A stretch of DNA of 64,000 nucleotides from Chlamydiales bacterium (GCA_965206695.1 CBDBKM010000003.1:32001-96000); one strand, 5' to 3'. Numbered from the stretch's first letter, positions 53,851-64,000 are shown. Notes: generated from the letters alone by a model not told the origin. Numbers and translations: made by a program.

Positions 53851-54137
53851 ATAAGAAGTTTATCATAGGGAATTGAAACTTGAGCGCCGGCAGTCTCGTA
53901 ACGCACGAGCACAACGAAATCATATTATTATGTCTCCTTATGTTTGGTTACACAAATTTAAGTAAAGGAGGCAAGATAAAATATCTTTTTATCAACAAGA
54001 TTGGGAAATGATAAAGCCCGCTATTACTTTAAATATGAAAAATATTTTGGCTATGTGGTAACACTTACGCGCGCAACGTCTGTTGGGCTTGAAAAATACT
54101 TAGTTTAGAAAAATAGAAGAGAAAAAATCAATCTCTT

Positions 54138-55241
54138 TTATAGTTTAAGCAAAGCTTGCACTTGGCTGAACACTTTATCAACACTTATTTGCTCCATACA
54201 AAAAGGCTTAAAACATTTACTGCGAATACAAGGACTACAAGTTGGAGGCTCTTCTACCACTTTAACGAACTTTTCATTCAAATAGGGGCCACAAAGGAAA
54301 GGCCTTGTTGGAGCGAATAAAGCAACGGTGGGGATCTCTTGGGCTAGAGCTAGATGCATAGGGCCTGTATCGTTTGTAATGAAAACATCCATCTCACCTA
54401 ATATGGCAGTACTTATTCTTAAAGACAACTTTCCTGCAAAAGAGACAGCATTCGGTAATTGGTCTAATAGCCGGGCTGCAAGAGGTATCTCGTTTGTATT
54501 TCCCATGATAATAATATGACAAGGATAGCGTTTGCTTAATAATTTACCCAATTGGATGAATGTTTCTATGGGCCATTGTTTAAAAGCGTGTTGAGCACCG
54601 GGCTGAAAGCCGATCAAGAGATTTTCTTTTTTAATATTTTGGTTAACTAAAAAATCTTTAGCCGTTTCTTTCTCTTCTTCTGACAAAAATATTGCAAGTT
54701 TTTTTTGTATAGTTTTAGCGCCGCATTCTTTTGCCATCGTAAGCCTTTGATCAATAGGATGGCAAGAAGGTTCAAAGATATAAGGGTGTGTTAAAAGAGA
54801 ATGTAGGGCTTTAGCATGTCGTTTAATCCCAACAATATTACTGCTACCGGAAAAATGAGCTAGAGGCATTATCGATTGAACGGAGTTATGAAAAATAAGA
54901 ATCCAATCAAATCTCTTTTTACTTAGTTGGTGTCCTAGAATCGGAAGGTGAAAAGCTCCTTTGATGCCTCTTGGAAGAACAAAGAAATCATCAATATAAG
55001 GATTATTTTCTAAAACCTCTTTTGCTAATGGGCTTGCTAAAACAGCAAGATAAGAATGAGGATAAGTATCTTTTATAGCTTGAATTGCAGGTGTTCCCCA
55101 TAAAGTATCGCCAACTCCGGTTGTGCTAATGATCAAAAATTTAGATGGATGATTATTTTGAGATATTTTTTTGGGGAAGCCTAATTTTTTTGCTAAAGTA
55201 ATGAAGCTTTTCATTGCTTTTACTCTTAGTTTTTTTACCAT
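54138..55241 (-). CDS. Glycosyltransferase family 9 (LPS heptosyltransferase-like)
   Basis: GVGDTLW.TPAI, QPGAQHAFKQWP, TNDTGPMHLA, TVALFAPT. Confidence 0.9.
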   Translation of the reverse strand: MVKKLRVKAMKSFITLAKKLGFPKKISQNNHPSKFLIISTTGVGDTLWGTPAIQAIKDTYPHSYLAVLASPLAKEVLENNPYIDDFFVLPRGIKGAFHLPILGHQLSKKRFDWILIFHNSVQSIMPLAHFSGSSNIVGIKRHAKALHSLLTHPYIFEPSCHPIDQRLTMAKECGAKTIQKKLAIFLSEEEKETAKDFLVNQNIKKENLLIGFQPGAQHAFKQWPIETFIQLGKLLSKRYPCHIIIMGNTNEIPLAARLLDQLPNAVSFAGKLSLRISTAILGEMDVFITNDTGPMHLALAQEIPTVALFAPTRPFLCGPYLNEKFVKVVEEPPTCSPCIRSKCFKPFCMEQISVDKVFSQVQALLKL

Positions 55242-55253
55242 CCATTTAAAAAA

Positions 55254-56012
55254 TTAAAAGGGTTCAAAAATGTTGAGGATCGACTTCTTATGAGAAATTT
55301 TAGCATAAGATTTAGCATTTTGCCCTTCTTTATCTTTGAGAGAGCGATCTGCTCCCGTATCAAATAAATATTTAACAATATTAACATGTCCTTGTTCACA
55401 AGCATGCATTAAGGGAGTTTTGCCTAGAGAATCTTGTGCGTTGATATCCGCAGAATGTTCTATTAATATTCTTGCAATAGAGAGCTGCCCATAACAAGCG
55501 GCATACATTAAAGGAGTATAACCTTGTTCATCGTAGACATTAACATTAGACCCTTTAGCAATAAGCATCTTAGCAATAATAGGATGGGAATATTCAATAG
55601 AATGAATAAGAGCTGTCTTATCTTCTTTATTTTGTATTGAGAGATGAGCATCTTTATTTAAAAGGCATCGAACAATACGCGAATAACTATGTTTGGAGCT
55701 AATCATTAAAGCCGTATTGCCGTCATGATCTTGTAAATTGACATCAGCTTCCATGTCGGTAAGCAGTCGAATGCTATCAAGATGGCCATAGGTAGACGCT
55801 TTGATGAGAGCTGTTTTGCCCTCTTCGTCGGTAGTATTGATATCTATGCCGTTAGATAAAAAAGTTCTTAAACTTTTTTGGGAACCTTTTTCGGCAGCGT
55901 TCATAAATTGTTGATTGATGATAAGGGTGTCATTGGTGATAGGAGTACCATTCTCGGAAGAAAGTACATAACAATTAAGACATAGTAAGATAAAAAAGCA
56001 AATCCGTTGCAT
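55254..56012 (-). CDS. Ankyrin repeat protein with signal peptide
   Basis: About six G.T(A/P)L..A...G repeats; hydrophobic N-terminus. Confidence 0.92.
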   Translation of the reverse strand: MQRICFFILLCLNCYVLSSENGTPITNDTLIINQQFMNAAEKGSQKSLRTFLSNGIDINTTDEEGKTALIKASTYGHLDSIRLLTDMEADVNLQDHDGNTALMISSKHSYSRIVRCLLNKDAHLSIQNKEDKTALIHSIEYSHPIIAKMLIAKGSNVNVYDEQGYTPLMYAACYGQLSIARILIEHSADINAQDSLGKTPLMHACEQGHVNIVKYLFDTGADRSLKDKEGQNAKSYAKISHKKSILNIFEPF

Positions 56013-56071
56013 GTAACACTATTGTATACTTAATGTTTTAAAAAGCAGGCATTTTCACATATTGAGAGTAT

Positions 56072-59000
56072 TTATACAAGGGATAGATAGTCTTGCCGGG
56101 AACGAATCGGTAACGTCTTAGAATCTAATGAAGTTAACGCGGTTAAAAATAAATGGGCGATTTGAAGATTAGTAATGAGAGGAATATGGTGATCAATGGC
56201 CATCCTTCTAATCTGATACCCTTCGGTTTTAGTCGTATACTTCGAATGTCTTGGAATATTAACAATAAGGTCGACTTCACCATCATGAATCAGCGTTGAA
56301 ACATTAGGCTCCATTCCTGTCCCTTTTTTAAAAACAAAAAGGGAAGGCACTCCATGCCTTGTGAGGTAATCATAAGTCCCTTCAGTAGAATAAATTTCCC
56401 ATCCGGCTTCTGCTAATTTAATAATGGCTTTAAGTAATCTTTTTTTTCTGTCCCCACCAATACTAACTAAGATACTTTTTCCTTTAATTTTTTGCTCCGT
56501 TGCCAGCCAAGAAGCATAGAAAGCTTCAAGGTAATTATCTCCTATACAAGCGACTTCTCCGGTGGAAGCCATTTCAACATGGGCTACCGGATTAGCGCCT
56601 TTTAGACGATTATAGGAAAATTGAGAGGTTTTAACCCCAACATAATCCATTTCCAGAGTTTGATAATTCGTTTTTTTATGCTTATTCATTAATATTTTTG
56701 TAGAAATATCTATGAAATTTTTTCCGCTTACTTTTGAGACAAAGGGAAAGGAGCGTGAGGCTCTTACATTACATTCGATCACTTTTATCTCATTATTTTT
56801 GGCAATGAACTGCAAATTAAACGGGCCTGTTATTTCTAGAGCTTCAACGATTTGTCCCGTTATTTTTTTTACTCGCGTAATCGTTTCTAAAAATAGTCGC
56901 TGGGGTGGTAGCACTAAAGTTGCATCTCCGGAATGAACACCTGCATTTTCAATATGTTCTGTGATCGCTTGAATGATGATCTGACCATTTTGTGCCACAC
57001 CATCGATTTCAATCTCTTTAGCCTTTTGAATGAACCGGGACATAACTACGGGATGTTCTTTTGATATGAGAAGGGCTTCTTTAAGATGGGTGTTAAGAAG
57101 CTCTTCATCCGTAATCACATTCATAGCAGCACCTGATAAAACATAGGATGGTCTAACTAAAATAGGGTAGCCAACTTTTTTCACAAATTTTTTGGCTTGC
57201 GTTATTGTTTTCACTTCTTCCCATAAAGGCTGGTCAATATGCAGCTTATTTAAAAGAGAAGAAAAGGTTTGCCTATTTTCGGCTTTATCAATATTTTGGG
57301 GGTGTGTACCTATTATTTTATACCCATGCTTATGTAATAAAAGAGCGAGGTTGTTAGCGATTTGACCGCCTACGGAAATAATGGTTCCTTGCGTCTTTTC
57401 AAAGTCTAAAATATCGCGTATTCTTTCCGCCGTCAATTCTTCAAAATAGAGCCTATCCGATTCATCATAGTCTGTTGAAACCGTTTCGGGATTCGAATTG
57501 ATGAGGATCGTTTTTTTACCCATTTTCTTTAAGGATCTTGCCGTATTAACAGCACACCAATCAAATTCTACAGAAGAACCAATACAATAAGGACCCGAGC
57601 CTATAATCATAATAGGTGAGGGTTTTTGAGGCTTGATATCATGAAAATTGGCATGGTATGTTGTATACAGGTAATTGGTTTGTGCCGGGAACTCACCTGC
57701 CAGAGTATCAATTTGTTTAATGAAAGGCAAAATTTTGTATTGCTTTCTTTTATTTCTAATAGACTCTTCACCGGTGTTTTTATATCCGGCGATTGCTTTA
57801 TCACAAAAGCCCAGTGCTTTTGCCTCATGCAATAAAGACTTTGTTAAAGGTTCTTTTGACAGTGTTTTTGTCATCTTACAAAGTGTTTGGATATGATCTA
57901 AAAACCATTTATTGATTTTAGATAGTTGATGAACATCATCAACACTATTGCCTGCATTAAGATATTGATAGATGGCAAAGAGCCTTCTATCAGTAGCTTT
58001 TTCGATTTCTTTTTTTGGATCTGCAATTGTTTGGGGATAACTATCTAAAGCATCAGTTCCAATATTTAACATACGAATAGCTTTTTGAAGGGCTTCAGGA
58101 AAGGACCTGCCAATAGCCATTACTTCTCCAATACTTTTCATTTCAGAACCGATCGTCCTTTCGGCTGCTTTTAATTTAGGAGTGTCCCAGCGAGGCATCT
58201 TAACAACTAAATAATCCAAAGAGGGCTCAAAAAAAGCGGTTGTTTTGCCGGTCACACTATTTGTTATTTCCCATAAACGTTTGCCAAGAGCTAGCTTTGT
58301 AGCTACAAAAGCCAGAGGATATCCCGTGGCTTTGGATGCTAATGCACTAGAGCGAGATAGCCGTGCATTGAGCTCAATCACACGATAGCTGCCTGTATTA
58401 GCACAAAAAGCGTATTGCACATTGCATTCTCCAATGATACCAAGGTGCTGAACAACCTTAAAAGCTATTTCTCTTAGCATTTGATATTCTTGATCATTCA
58501 GTGTTTGGGAAGGAGCGACAACAATACTTTCTCCGGTATGGATTCCCATTGGGTCAAAGTTTTCCATATTACAAACATTGATGATATTACCGTCTATATC
58601 TCTAACAATCTCATATTCCACTTCTTTCCAGCCGAGTAGGTATTCTTCGACAAGAATTTGAGGGACTGCTTGAAGAGTTTCATTTACTTTTTCTTTTAAC
58701 ACCTTCTCGGAAGCTATTTTACCGGCTCCTTGACCACCAAGAGAGTAGCCGGATCGAATCATGACAGGATAGTTAAGAGATTTTGCTGCTTTAACAGCTT
58801 GTACTACAGTAGTGCAAACATAACTTTTGGGAGTGTCCACGTCAATTTTTTTTAATGCTTTTTTAAAAAGATCACGGTCTTCACTTAAGCGAATAGCTTC
58901 AACAGGTGTCCCAAGAATTGTGACTTTATGTTTTTCCAATACTTTATTTTTATCCAGTTCAATACCTAAGTTCAGAGCCGTTTGACCACCAAATCCCAGT

Positions 59001-59251
59001 AAAATACCATCAGGTTTCTCTTTTTCGATAATGCGAGTGACAGTATCGAGATTCAAAGGCTGTAAATAGAGCGTATCAGCCATATCTTGATCGGTCTGAA
59101 CAGTAGCAATATTGGGATTGATTAAAATAGTAGAGATATTTTCTTCTTTCAAAGCCTTTATAGCTTGAGATCCCGAATAATCAAATTCTCCGGCTTGACC
59201 TATTCTTAGGCCTCCGGAGCCTAATATGAGAACTGTCTTTCTTTTTTTCAT
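56072..59251 (-). CDS. carB: Carbamoyl-phosphate synthase large subunit
   Basis: IGQAGEFDYSGSQA, GIHTGESIVVAPSQTL, GVHSGDA, C-terminal MGS domain. Confidence 0.98.
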   Translation of the reverse strand: MKKRKTVLILGSGGLRIGQAGEFDYSGSQAIKALKEENISTILINPNIATVQTDQDMADTLYLQPLNLDTVTRIIEKEKPDGILLGFGGQTALNLGIELDKNKVLEKHKVTILGTPVEAIRLSEDRDLFKKALKKIDVDTPKSYVCTTVVQAVKAAKSLNYPVMIRSGYSLGGQGAGKIASEKVLKEKVNETLQAVPQILVEEYLLGWKEVEYEIVRDIDGNIINVCNMENFDPMGIHTGESIVVAPSQTLNDQEYQMLREIAFKVVQHLGIIGECNVQYAFCANTGSYRVIELNARLSRSSALASKATGYPLAFVATKLALGKRLWEITNSVTGKTTAFFEPSLDYLVVKMPRWDTPKLKAAERTIGSEMKSIGEVMAIGRSFPEALQKAIRMLNIGTDALDSYPQTIADPKKEIEKATDRRLFAIYQYLNAGNSVDDVHQLSKINKWFLDHIQTLCKMTKTLSKEPLTKSLLHEAKALGFCDKAIAGYKNTGEESIRNKRKQYKILPFIKQIDTLAGEFPAQTNYLYTTYHANFHDIKPQKPSPIMIIGSGPYCIGSSVEFDWCAVNTARSLKKMGKKTILINSNPETVSTDYDESDRLYFEELTAERIRDILDFEKTQGTIISVGGQIANNLALLLHKHGYKIIGTHPQNIDKAENRQTFSSLLNKLHIDQPLWEEVKTITQAKKFVKKVGYPILVRPSYVLSGAAMNVITDEELLNTHLKEALLISKEHPVVMSRFIQKAKEIEIDGVAQNGQIIIQAITEHIENAGVHSGDATLVLPPQRLFLETITRVKKITGQIVEALEITGPFNLQFIAKNNEIKVIECNVRASRSFPFVSKVSGKNFIDISTKILMNKHKKTNYQTLEMDYVGVKTSQFSYNRLKGANPVAHVEMASTGEVACIGDNYLEAFYASWLATEQKIKGKSILVSIGGDRKKRLLKAIIKLAEAGWEIYSTEGTYDYLTRHGVPSLFVFKKGTGMEPNVSTLIHDGEVDLIVNIPRHSKYTTKTEGYQIRRMAIDHHIPLITNLQIAHLFLTALTSLDSKTLPIRSRQDYLSLV

Positions 59252-60291
59252 AGCATCTTATAAAACGTTTCAAATAAAAATTGGGTGTCTGTTGGTCCTG
59301 CGTTCGCTTCAGGGTGGAATTGCACAGAGAAAAAAGGGAGTTTTTTATGAGCGATACCTGCAACAGAATGGTCATTTAAGTTACGGTAAGTTATTTCCCA
59401 ATTCGTAGGGATCGTTTTTGTATCGATGGCATACCCATGATTTTGACTGGTAATGAAACATCTCTTCGATTTAAGGTCTTGGCAGGGCTGATTCTGTCCT
59501 CTATGACCGTATGGGAGTTTATAGGTTTTAGCTCCCGCTGCTAACCCCATTAGCTGAATACCCAGACAGATGCCAAAGATGGGTTTTTCTTTTTTCAGTG
59601 CTTTTTTTAATATATCAATCGTTTCTTTACACATGGTTGGATTTCCCGGTCCATTTGAAATAAAAATACCGTCATATTGATCATTAGTATAATCGTAATT
59701 ATAAGGTACTCTTATAAGCTTAAGAGGGAATTGTTTTAGTAGTCTGATCTGAGCTTTTTTCATTCCACAATCGATAACAATGACTGTTTTCTTTCCTTTT
59801 CCTATAACCGTTTTTTTCTTACATGAGACTTTAGCAACTAAGTTTGTTGTATTAGGGTCATAAAAATTAAAATTGCTTTTGGTCGGCGAGGTAATAGCGC
59901 CTAACATAACACCTGATGAGCGCAATGTTTTAGTCAAAGTTCGAGTATCCACATTTGTGATAAGGGGAATATTGTGATTTGCTAACCATTTTTCAAAAGT
60001 TAAGCTATGTTGATAGTGGTAACTACCGGAACTAAGCCGGCTTACGATAACACCGGCAGCTTGGATTTCATTCGATTCCCAGAATTTAGAAGACGGGACA
60101 CCATAATTACCAATTAGAGGGTAGGTAAAGCAAACAATTTGACCGGCATATGATGGGTCGGTTAATGATTCTACATAACCGGTCATACCGGTATTAAAAA
60201 CGACTTCCCCATAGAAAGTATCTTGCTGCCGGGCAGGAGATGCTCCCGGAAATAAAAGGCCGTTTTTTAATACTAATTTTGATGGTTTCAT
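59248..60291 (-). CDS. carA: Carbamoyl-phosphate synthase small subunit
   Basis: GEVVFNTGMTGY, SNGPGNP, GICLG, QFHPE. Confidence 0.98.
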   Translation of the reverse strand: MKPSKLVLKNGLLFPGASPARQQDTFYGEVVFNTGMTGYVESLTDPSYAGQIVCFTYPLIGNYGVPSSKFWESNEIQAAGVIVSRLSSGSYHYQHSLTFEKWLANHNIPLITNVDTRTLTKTLRSSGVMLGAITSPTKSNFNFYDPNTTNLVAKVSCKKKTVIGKGKKTVIVIDCGMKKAQIRLLKQFPLKLIRVPYNYDYTNDQYDGIFISNGPGNPTMCKETIDILKKALKKEKPIFGICLGIQLMGLAAGAKTYKLPYGHRGQNQPCQDLKSKRCFITSQNHGYAIDTKTIPTNWEITYRNLNDHSVAGIAHKKLPFFSVQFHPEANAGPTDTQFLFETFYKML

Positions 60292-60362
60292 GTAATCAAA
60301 AAAAAGACCACCCTATTGTAGATGGCCAATACGATCGCTTTTTTGTATTTAATATCTTTCAT
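60288..60362 (-). promoter_or_regulatory. Putative carAB attenuator: 24-aa leader ORF containing a terminator hairpin and U8
   Basis: MKDIKYKKAIVLAIYNRVVFFLIT*, stop overlaps the carA ATG; GGCCAUCUA-CAA-UAGGGUGGUC-U8. Confidence 0.55.
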
Positions 60363-60529
60363 AAGCACACAAGCTATCATGTTCGAACTATTGCAGCAAA
60401 TAATTTTACGGAATAGCACGTTTTTCTACTTGCATAATAAAAGATTTATTACTGGTATAAATCTTTTTTTTCTATATTAAATCCTTATATTTCAATAGTT
60501 TATACTTAATAATATTTTATTATAAACGT

Positions 60530-62137
60530 TTAAGATTGAAAAAAAGAATGATTCAGAGCTTCAGTTGGAGTAATGCGATCTTCATATTTTAGCATTTGCG
60601 TAATAAGATCAAAAAATTGCCTATGTTTTTCAATAATAGGAGCTGCTTCTAAATGTGATAAATTTCTTGTTGATTGTTTAATCGAATTCATTTGCATTGT
60701 TACCAATGCTTCCCATTTTGGTAATTTGTCAATAGCTGCAAATTCGTTTTGTAAGGTCTTACCGAGTGCGCTTCTATTTAGCGGAAGCTCAAGTTGATAC
60801 TTCTTCTCTCCGGTAGAGCCGGGTAGTGTCTTAAATAGGTCCCCTCTGTTATTGCATTTTTCAATTAAAGATTGAGGTAGTGGTCCAAAGAGTTGTTCCA
60901 TAGCATACAAAAATTTCGTACTATTTTTTTCACTGGCATGGACGTGTTTTTGATTTTGTAATTCAGTGTAAGGTAAAAGAAGGCTTTTAGTAAGACACTC
61001 ATACATGATAGCTCCTAAACTGAACATATCGATAGCAAAGGTGTAAGCCGGCTTGCCCTTTCCATCACTAATTCTTAAATGAACTTCAGGAGATCGATAA
61101 TGAATAGTTTGAACGAGAGGGTTTCGAGGCCCTGACTCTTGCATAAAAGCCAGACCGAAATCGCCGATGTGTGCTTGATCTTGATCATTTAACAGAATAT
61201 TTTGAGGTTTTAAATCAGCATGAACAATTCCGGCATTTCTTAATCCTTCCAAAGACAATAATACTGTTTGACCTGGAAGAACAAGTTCACGTATTTTTGC
61301 TTTCGTACGAACTTGTATCAAAAGTTGATATAGATCACCTTTGAATAATTCAAAAACAAGGCCTAATTGATTTGGATTTGTGAATGTAATATCATTGATT
61401 AAATGAGTAACAAAAGGAACGCTGTGTTCACCTAATATCTTTAAAATATTGCGCTCTTCTTTAGCTATCTTAAAAAGGTTTTCCGATGCTCTATTGACTT
61501 TAATAGCGACTTCTTTGACTGCTAAGCCGGGTTCTGCTGAAGGTCTTTTTGCCGTTGCAGCTAACACAACACTATATCCACCCTCTCCTAAAATTTGGAA
61601 CCGGCCATTATGTTTTCGTAAGGGTTTATATCCTGTTGAAAGAAAATTAATTTTTTCGTTAGTGATCTTTACAGTATAATCCTTCTTCTCGTTTAATATA
61701 GCCTGATAACAACCGAGTAAATCTATCGTTAGTGAGCGTAAAGGATTTGTAGGATGTGGTTGCCTTGTTATTATTTCTTGTGTGGGAGGCTTTTCCTCGG
61801 TTACTGTGGTAGCCGGCGTAACAGATTCTATAATTGCAGCTGTTGTTAGATGATCTTGTAATGTATCATCCCCTATAACTTGGGATCTTTTAGCACCTGC
61901 TAGAGGTAGATTATTTAGGTTAGAAGGATGACTTAGAAGAGAAGAAGTTGTGGCATTTATAGCACGGTTAGGGGCGTTATCAGCAACAGGCGTCCAACGG
62001 GCAAGATTAATTTTGCAGACATTGCACGGGTATGGGGAGGTGTTATAAGCAACGGTTACCTGTTCTGTTAAAGAAGGTGATTCCACTTTCTTATGAGCTA
62101 AATTACTGGTTATATGTGGATTAGTGCTTCCTATCAT
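60530..62137 (-). CDS. Eukaryote-like Ser/Thr protein kinase (CMGC-like), candidate effector
   Basis: GEGGYSVV, VAIK, HADLKPQNILL, DFG, QTIHYRSPEV, IDMFSLG, RITPTEALNHSFF. Confidence 0.9.
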   Translation of the reverse strand: MIGSTNPHITSNLAHKKVESPSLTEQVTVAYNTSPYPCNVCKINLARWTPVADNAPNRAINATTSSLLSHPSNLNNLPLAGAKRSQVIGDDTLQDHLTTAAIIESVTPATTVTEEKPPTQEIITRQPHPTNPLRSLTIDLLGCYQAILNEKKDYTVKITNEKINFLSTGYKPLRKHNGRFQILGEGGYSVVLAATAKRPSAEPGLAVKEVAIKVNRASENLFKIAKEERNILKILGEHSVPFVTHLINDITFTNPNQLGLVFELFKGDLYQLLIQVRTKAKIRELVLPGQTVLLSLEGLRNAGIVHADLKPQNILLNDQDQAHIGDFGLAFMQESGPRNPLVQTIHYRSPEVHLRISDGKGKPAYTFAIDMFSLGAIMYECLTKSLLLPYTELQNQKHVHASEKNSTKFLYAMEQLFGPLPQSLIEKCNNRGDLFKTLPGSTGEKKYQLELPLNRSALGKTLQNEFAAIDKLPKWEALVTMQMNSIKQSTRNLSHLEAAPIIEKHRQFFDLITQMLKYEDRITPTEALNHSFFQS

Positions 62138-62256
62138 TTTTTATTTCCTTTATAATATTAATTTATTAATCATGTATATGAGGATGATTATATCATTCAA
62201 TTTAGTTAATTAAAAGTTGTTTTTTATTAATATATAGTCGCTGATTAACTATTATA

Positions 62257-63354
62257 TACTCATTCACATTGGAAGCCGGACAGGATTGAGTTCCGGCACT
62301 TGAAATGTATCATTCATTCGTGTCTTAAGCGTGTCTTTTAAAATCGGGATTTTGTCTTTAAAAAAGCCCCTTATCTCTAATTTAAAATCAGTAAATGTAT
62401 TGTAAAATTTATTATAAGTAACCGCTTCCCTCATCATTTTCCAAAACCTTTCTATTGCGTTTAAATTTGGAGAATATGGGGATAAATAGAGAAGCTCTAT
62501 ACGTGAAGTTATTAAATATTCTTGAATCAGTTTGTTTTTATCGGCTCTTCCGTTATCTAAAATAACATATATTTTTGAAGCCCGGGAATGATTCTCTAAT
62601 CCTTTTAAGAAGTCAATGACCTCACTTCCTCCAATCGTGGAGTATTCTTTTGACCTGATTACCATATCCTCAAGTCGTAAAGCTCCAATAATAGGCATTC
62701 CGGTTCGCTTATTTGTGGTTTTAAGCGTTTTCTTAACCCCTTTTGGGATCCGGCCACATACGGATTGGGGTTGATAATCAGGGTGTACTGCATCAAAAAA
62801 ATAGATCTCTTCACTATTTCGAAGGCCTGCTTTTAATGCTTCCTATTCTTTAATAAATTGTGCCTGTTTCTCTAAGTCAAGCCTACCGGGGACATTAACA
62901 GGGCTTTTGAAAACAAAATGATGATGCTTTAGCCAAGATGTCATCCCTCCTGTGCTGTAGGAAATGTTATATTGTTCTAAGACATACGCACATACATCCT
63001 TAACCCTTCTATTAAGTGTATTGAGAAAGATGGTCTACCGGTTCTTTAGTTTGCAGTTTGGATAATTTACCGGCTGCTCCTCCCTTGGGATCAGGCTGAG
63101 TTTTTCCTTTTGATTGAAATTCTCTCAAATACCCATAAACACTCGAGCGGCTTAAGCGCAGAACATGAGCAATGTGATCAGGCCCCGGACCGTTATCTCG
63201 TGCAAGAAGCACACACAAACGATTACGTTCATTTATATCACGGGTCTTTTTTACCTGAAATTCAAAAGTGCTTCTTTGATTGGGAGTTAATCGGTTCATG
63301 CAAAACTAATATCATATTTATATTGTTTTGTGTACCTTTCAGTAGCGAAGAGTA
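62257..63354 (-). mobile_element. Second IS630-family element with frameshifted transposase
   Basis: HTH ORF 63012-63299, FFDAVHP, ILDNGR, YLSPYSPNLNAIERFWK; TACTC ends flanked by TA. Confidence 0.85.
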
Positions 63355-63650
63355 TATATCATAGGTGTTTTAAAAATATTATTTATTAAATGGTGGATTT
63401 GATAATATTTGAACATAAGAAAATAGATGAACTTACGGTGAGAAAAAATGGATGTTGAATCGAAGTCAGGAAGAATTTATCAGGAGTTTCATATATTAAG
63501 TGTTAACCTATAGCCAAAATATTTGGTAGTATATCATTTTTTTTTATAAGTTCATTTTAGATAATAAATTTTTTACTAGTAGTAAAGGTTTTCATTTTGA
63601 TTGAATAAAAAAGTTTGAGATCAAATTCTTTAGCAAAAAAGGAGAAAAAA

Positions 63651-63960
63651 ATGACCTCAAATCTAAACCAAGCCTTATTAGAAGAAATTTTAGAAGATTT
63701 TGCAAGCCATGGCATCAATCAACTTAAAAAGTCCTTATCTTCTCTCTTTAGTCAACTGATGTTGGTACAGATAGAAGAAGTTATAGGAGCTCTTCCTTAT
63801 AAAAAAAGCTCTGATAGAAAAGGCCATTGTAACGGGTTGTAAGAATAAGAAGCTCTTAACAAGATCGGGTGAACGAGAACTTAACATTCCTCAAGTTAGA
63901 GGAACTTCCTTCTATCCTAATTGTTTAGAACAAGGAGAGAGGGTTGAAAGTGCGTATTGA
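63651..63960 (+). mobile_element. IS256-family transposase N-terminal pseudogene fragment
   Basis: IGALPYKKSSDRKGHCNG, stop, then LLTRSGERELNIPQVRGTSFYPNCLEQGER. Confidence 0.75.
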
Positions 63961-64000
63961 CGGTTCTGTATAAATCCGTAGCGATATTGAAAGCTGTAGG

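Noticed and set aside
11196..61679. Many short antisense or overlapping ORFs in the ORF track (e.g. 12138-12491, 22839-23123, 47576-47992, 57607-57896)
   Set aside because: Shadows of well-supported genes, with no motifs of their own
1..64000. CRISPR array or rRNA genes
   Set aside because: No regularly spaced repeat-spacer array or rRNA-like sequence seen; repeats are IS copies or coding repeats

Overview
AT-rich bacterial chromosome segment, very likely from an environmental chlamydia (Chlamydiota). The evidence is the chlamydial gene sets yccA-ftsY-sucC-sucD, htrA plus an M16 insulinase, glmM-glmS-tyrP and pcnB...lpxB. Positions 1-10.5 kb are a decaying integrated island: four copies of one IS630 element (one nested in another), an integrase remnant, Fic and RhuM genes, and tRNA-Leu and tRNA-Tyr 3'-half att-like fragments. 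The rest is housekeeping blocks separated by IS debris (IS5, IS30, IS200/605, IS256, IS630, an IS982-like MITE) and host-interaction genes. The most notable gene is a repeat-containing protein with sequence-level eukaryotic HECT E3 ubiquitin ligase motifs (16806-18815). Other highlights are a CMGC-type (DYRK/HIPK/PRP4-like) kinase, an MNN2-like GT71 mannosyltransferase, an FPGT-like nucleotidyltransferase, two ORF-less TnpB omegaRNA-like right ends, and a leader-ORF/terminator attenuator before a eukaryote-type carAB. Native genes show a strong CCGG excess with CCAG/CTGG deficit. All calls come from reading motifs by eye; no database searches were run.
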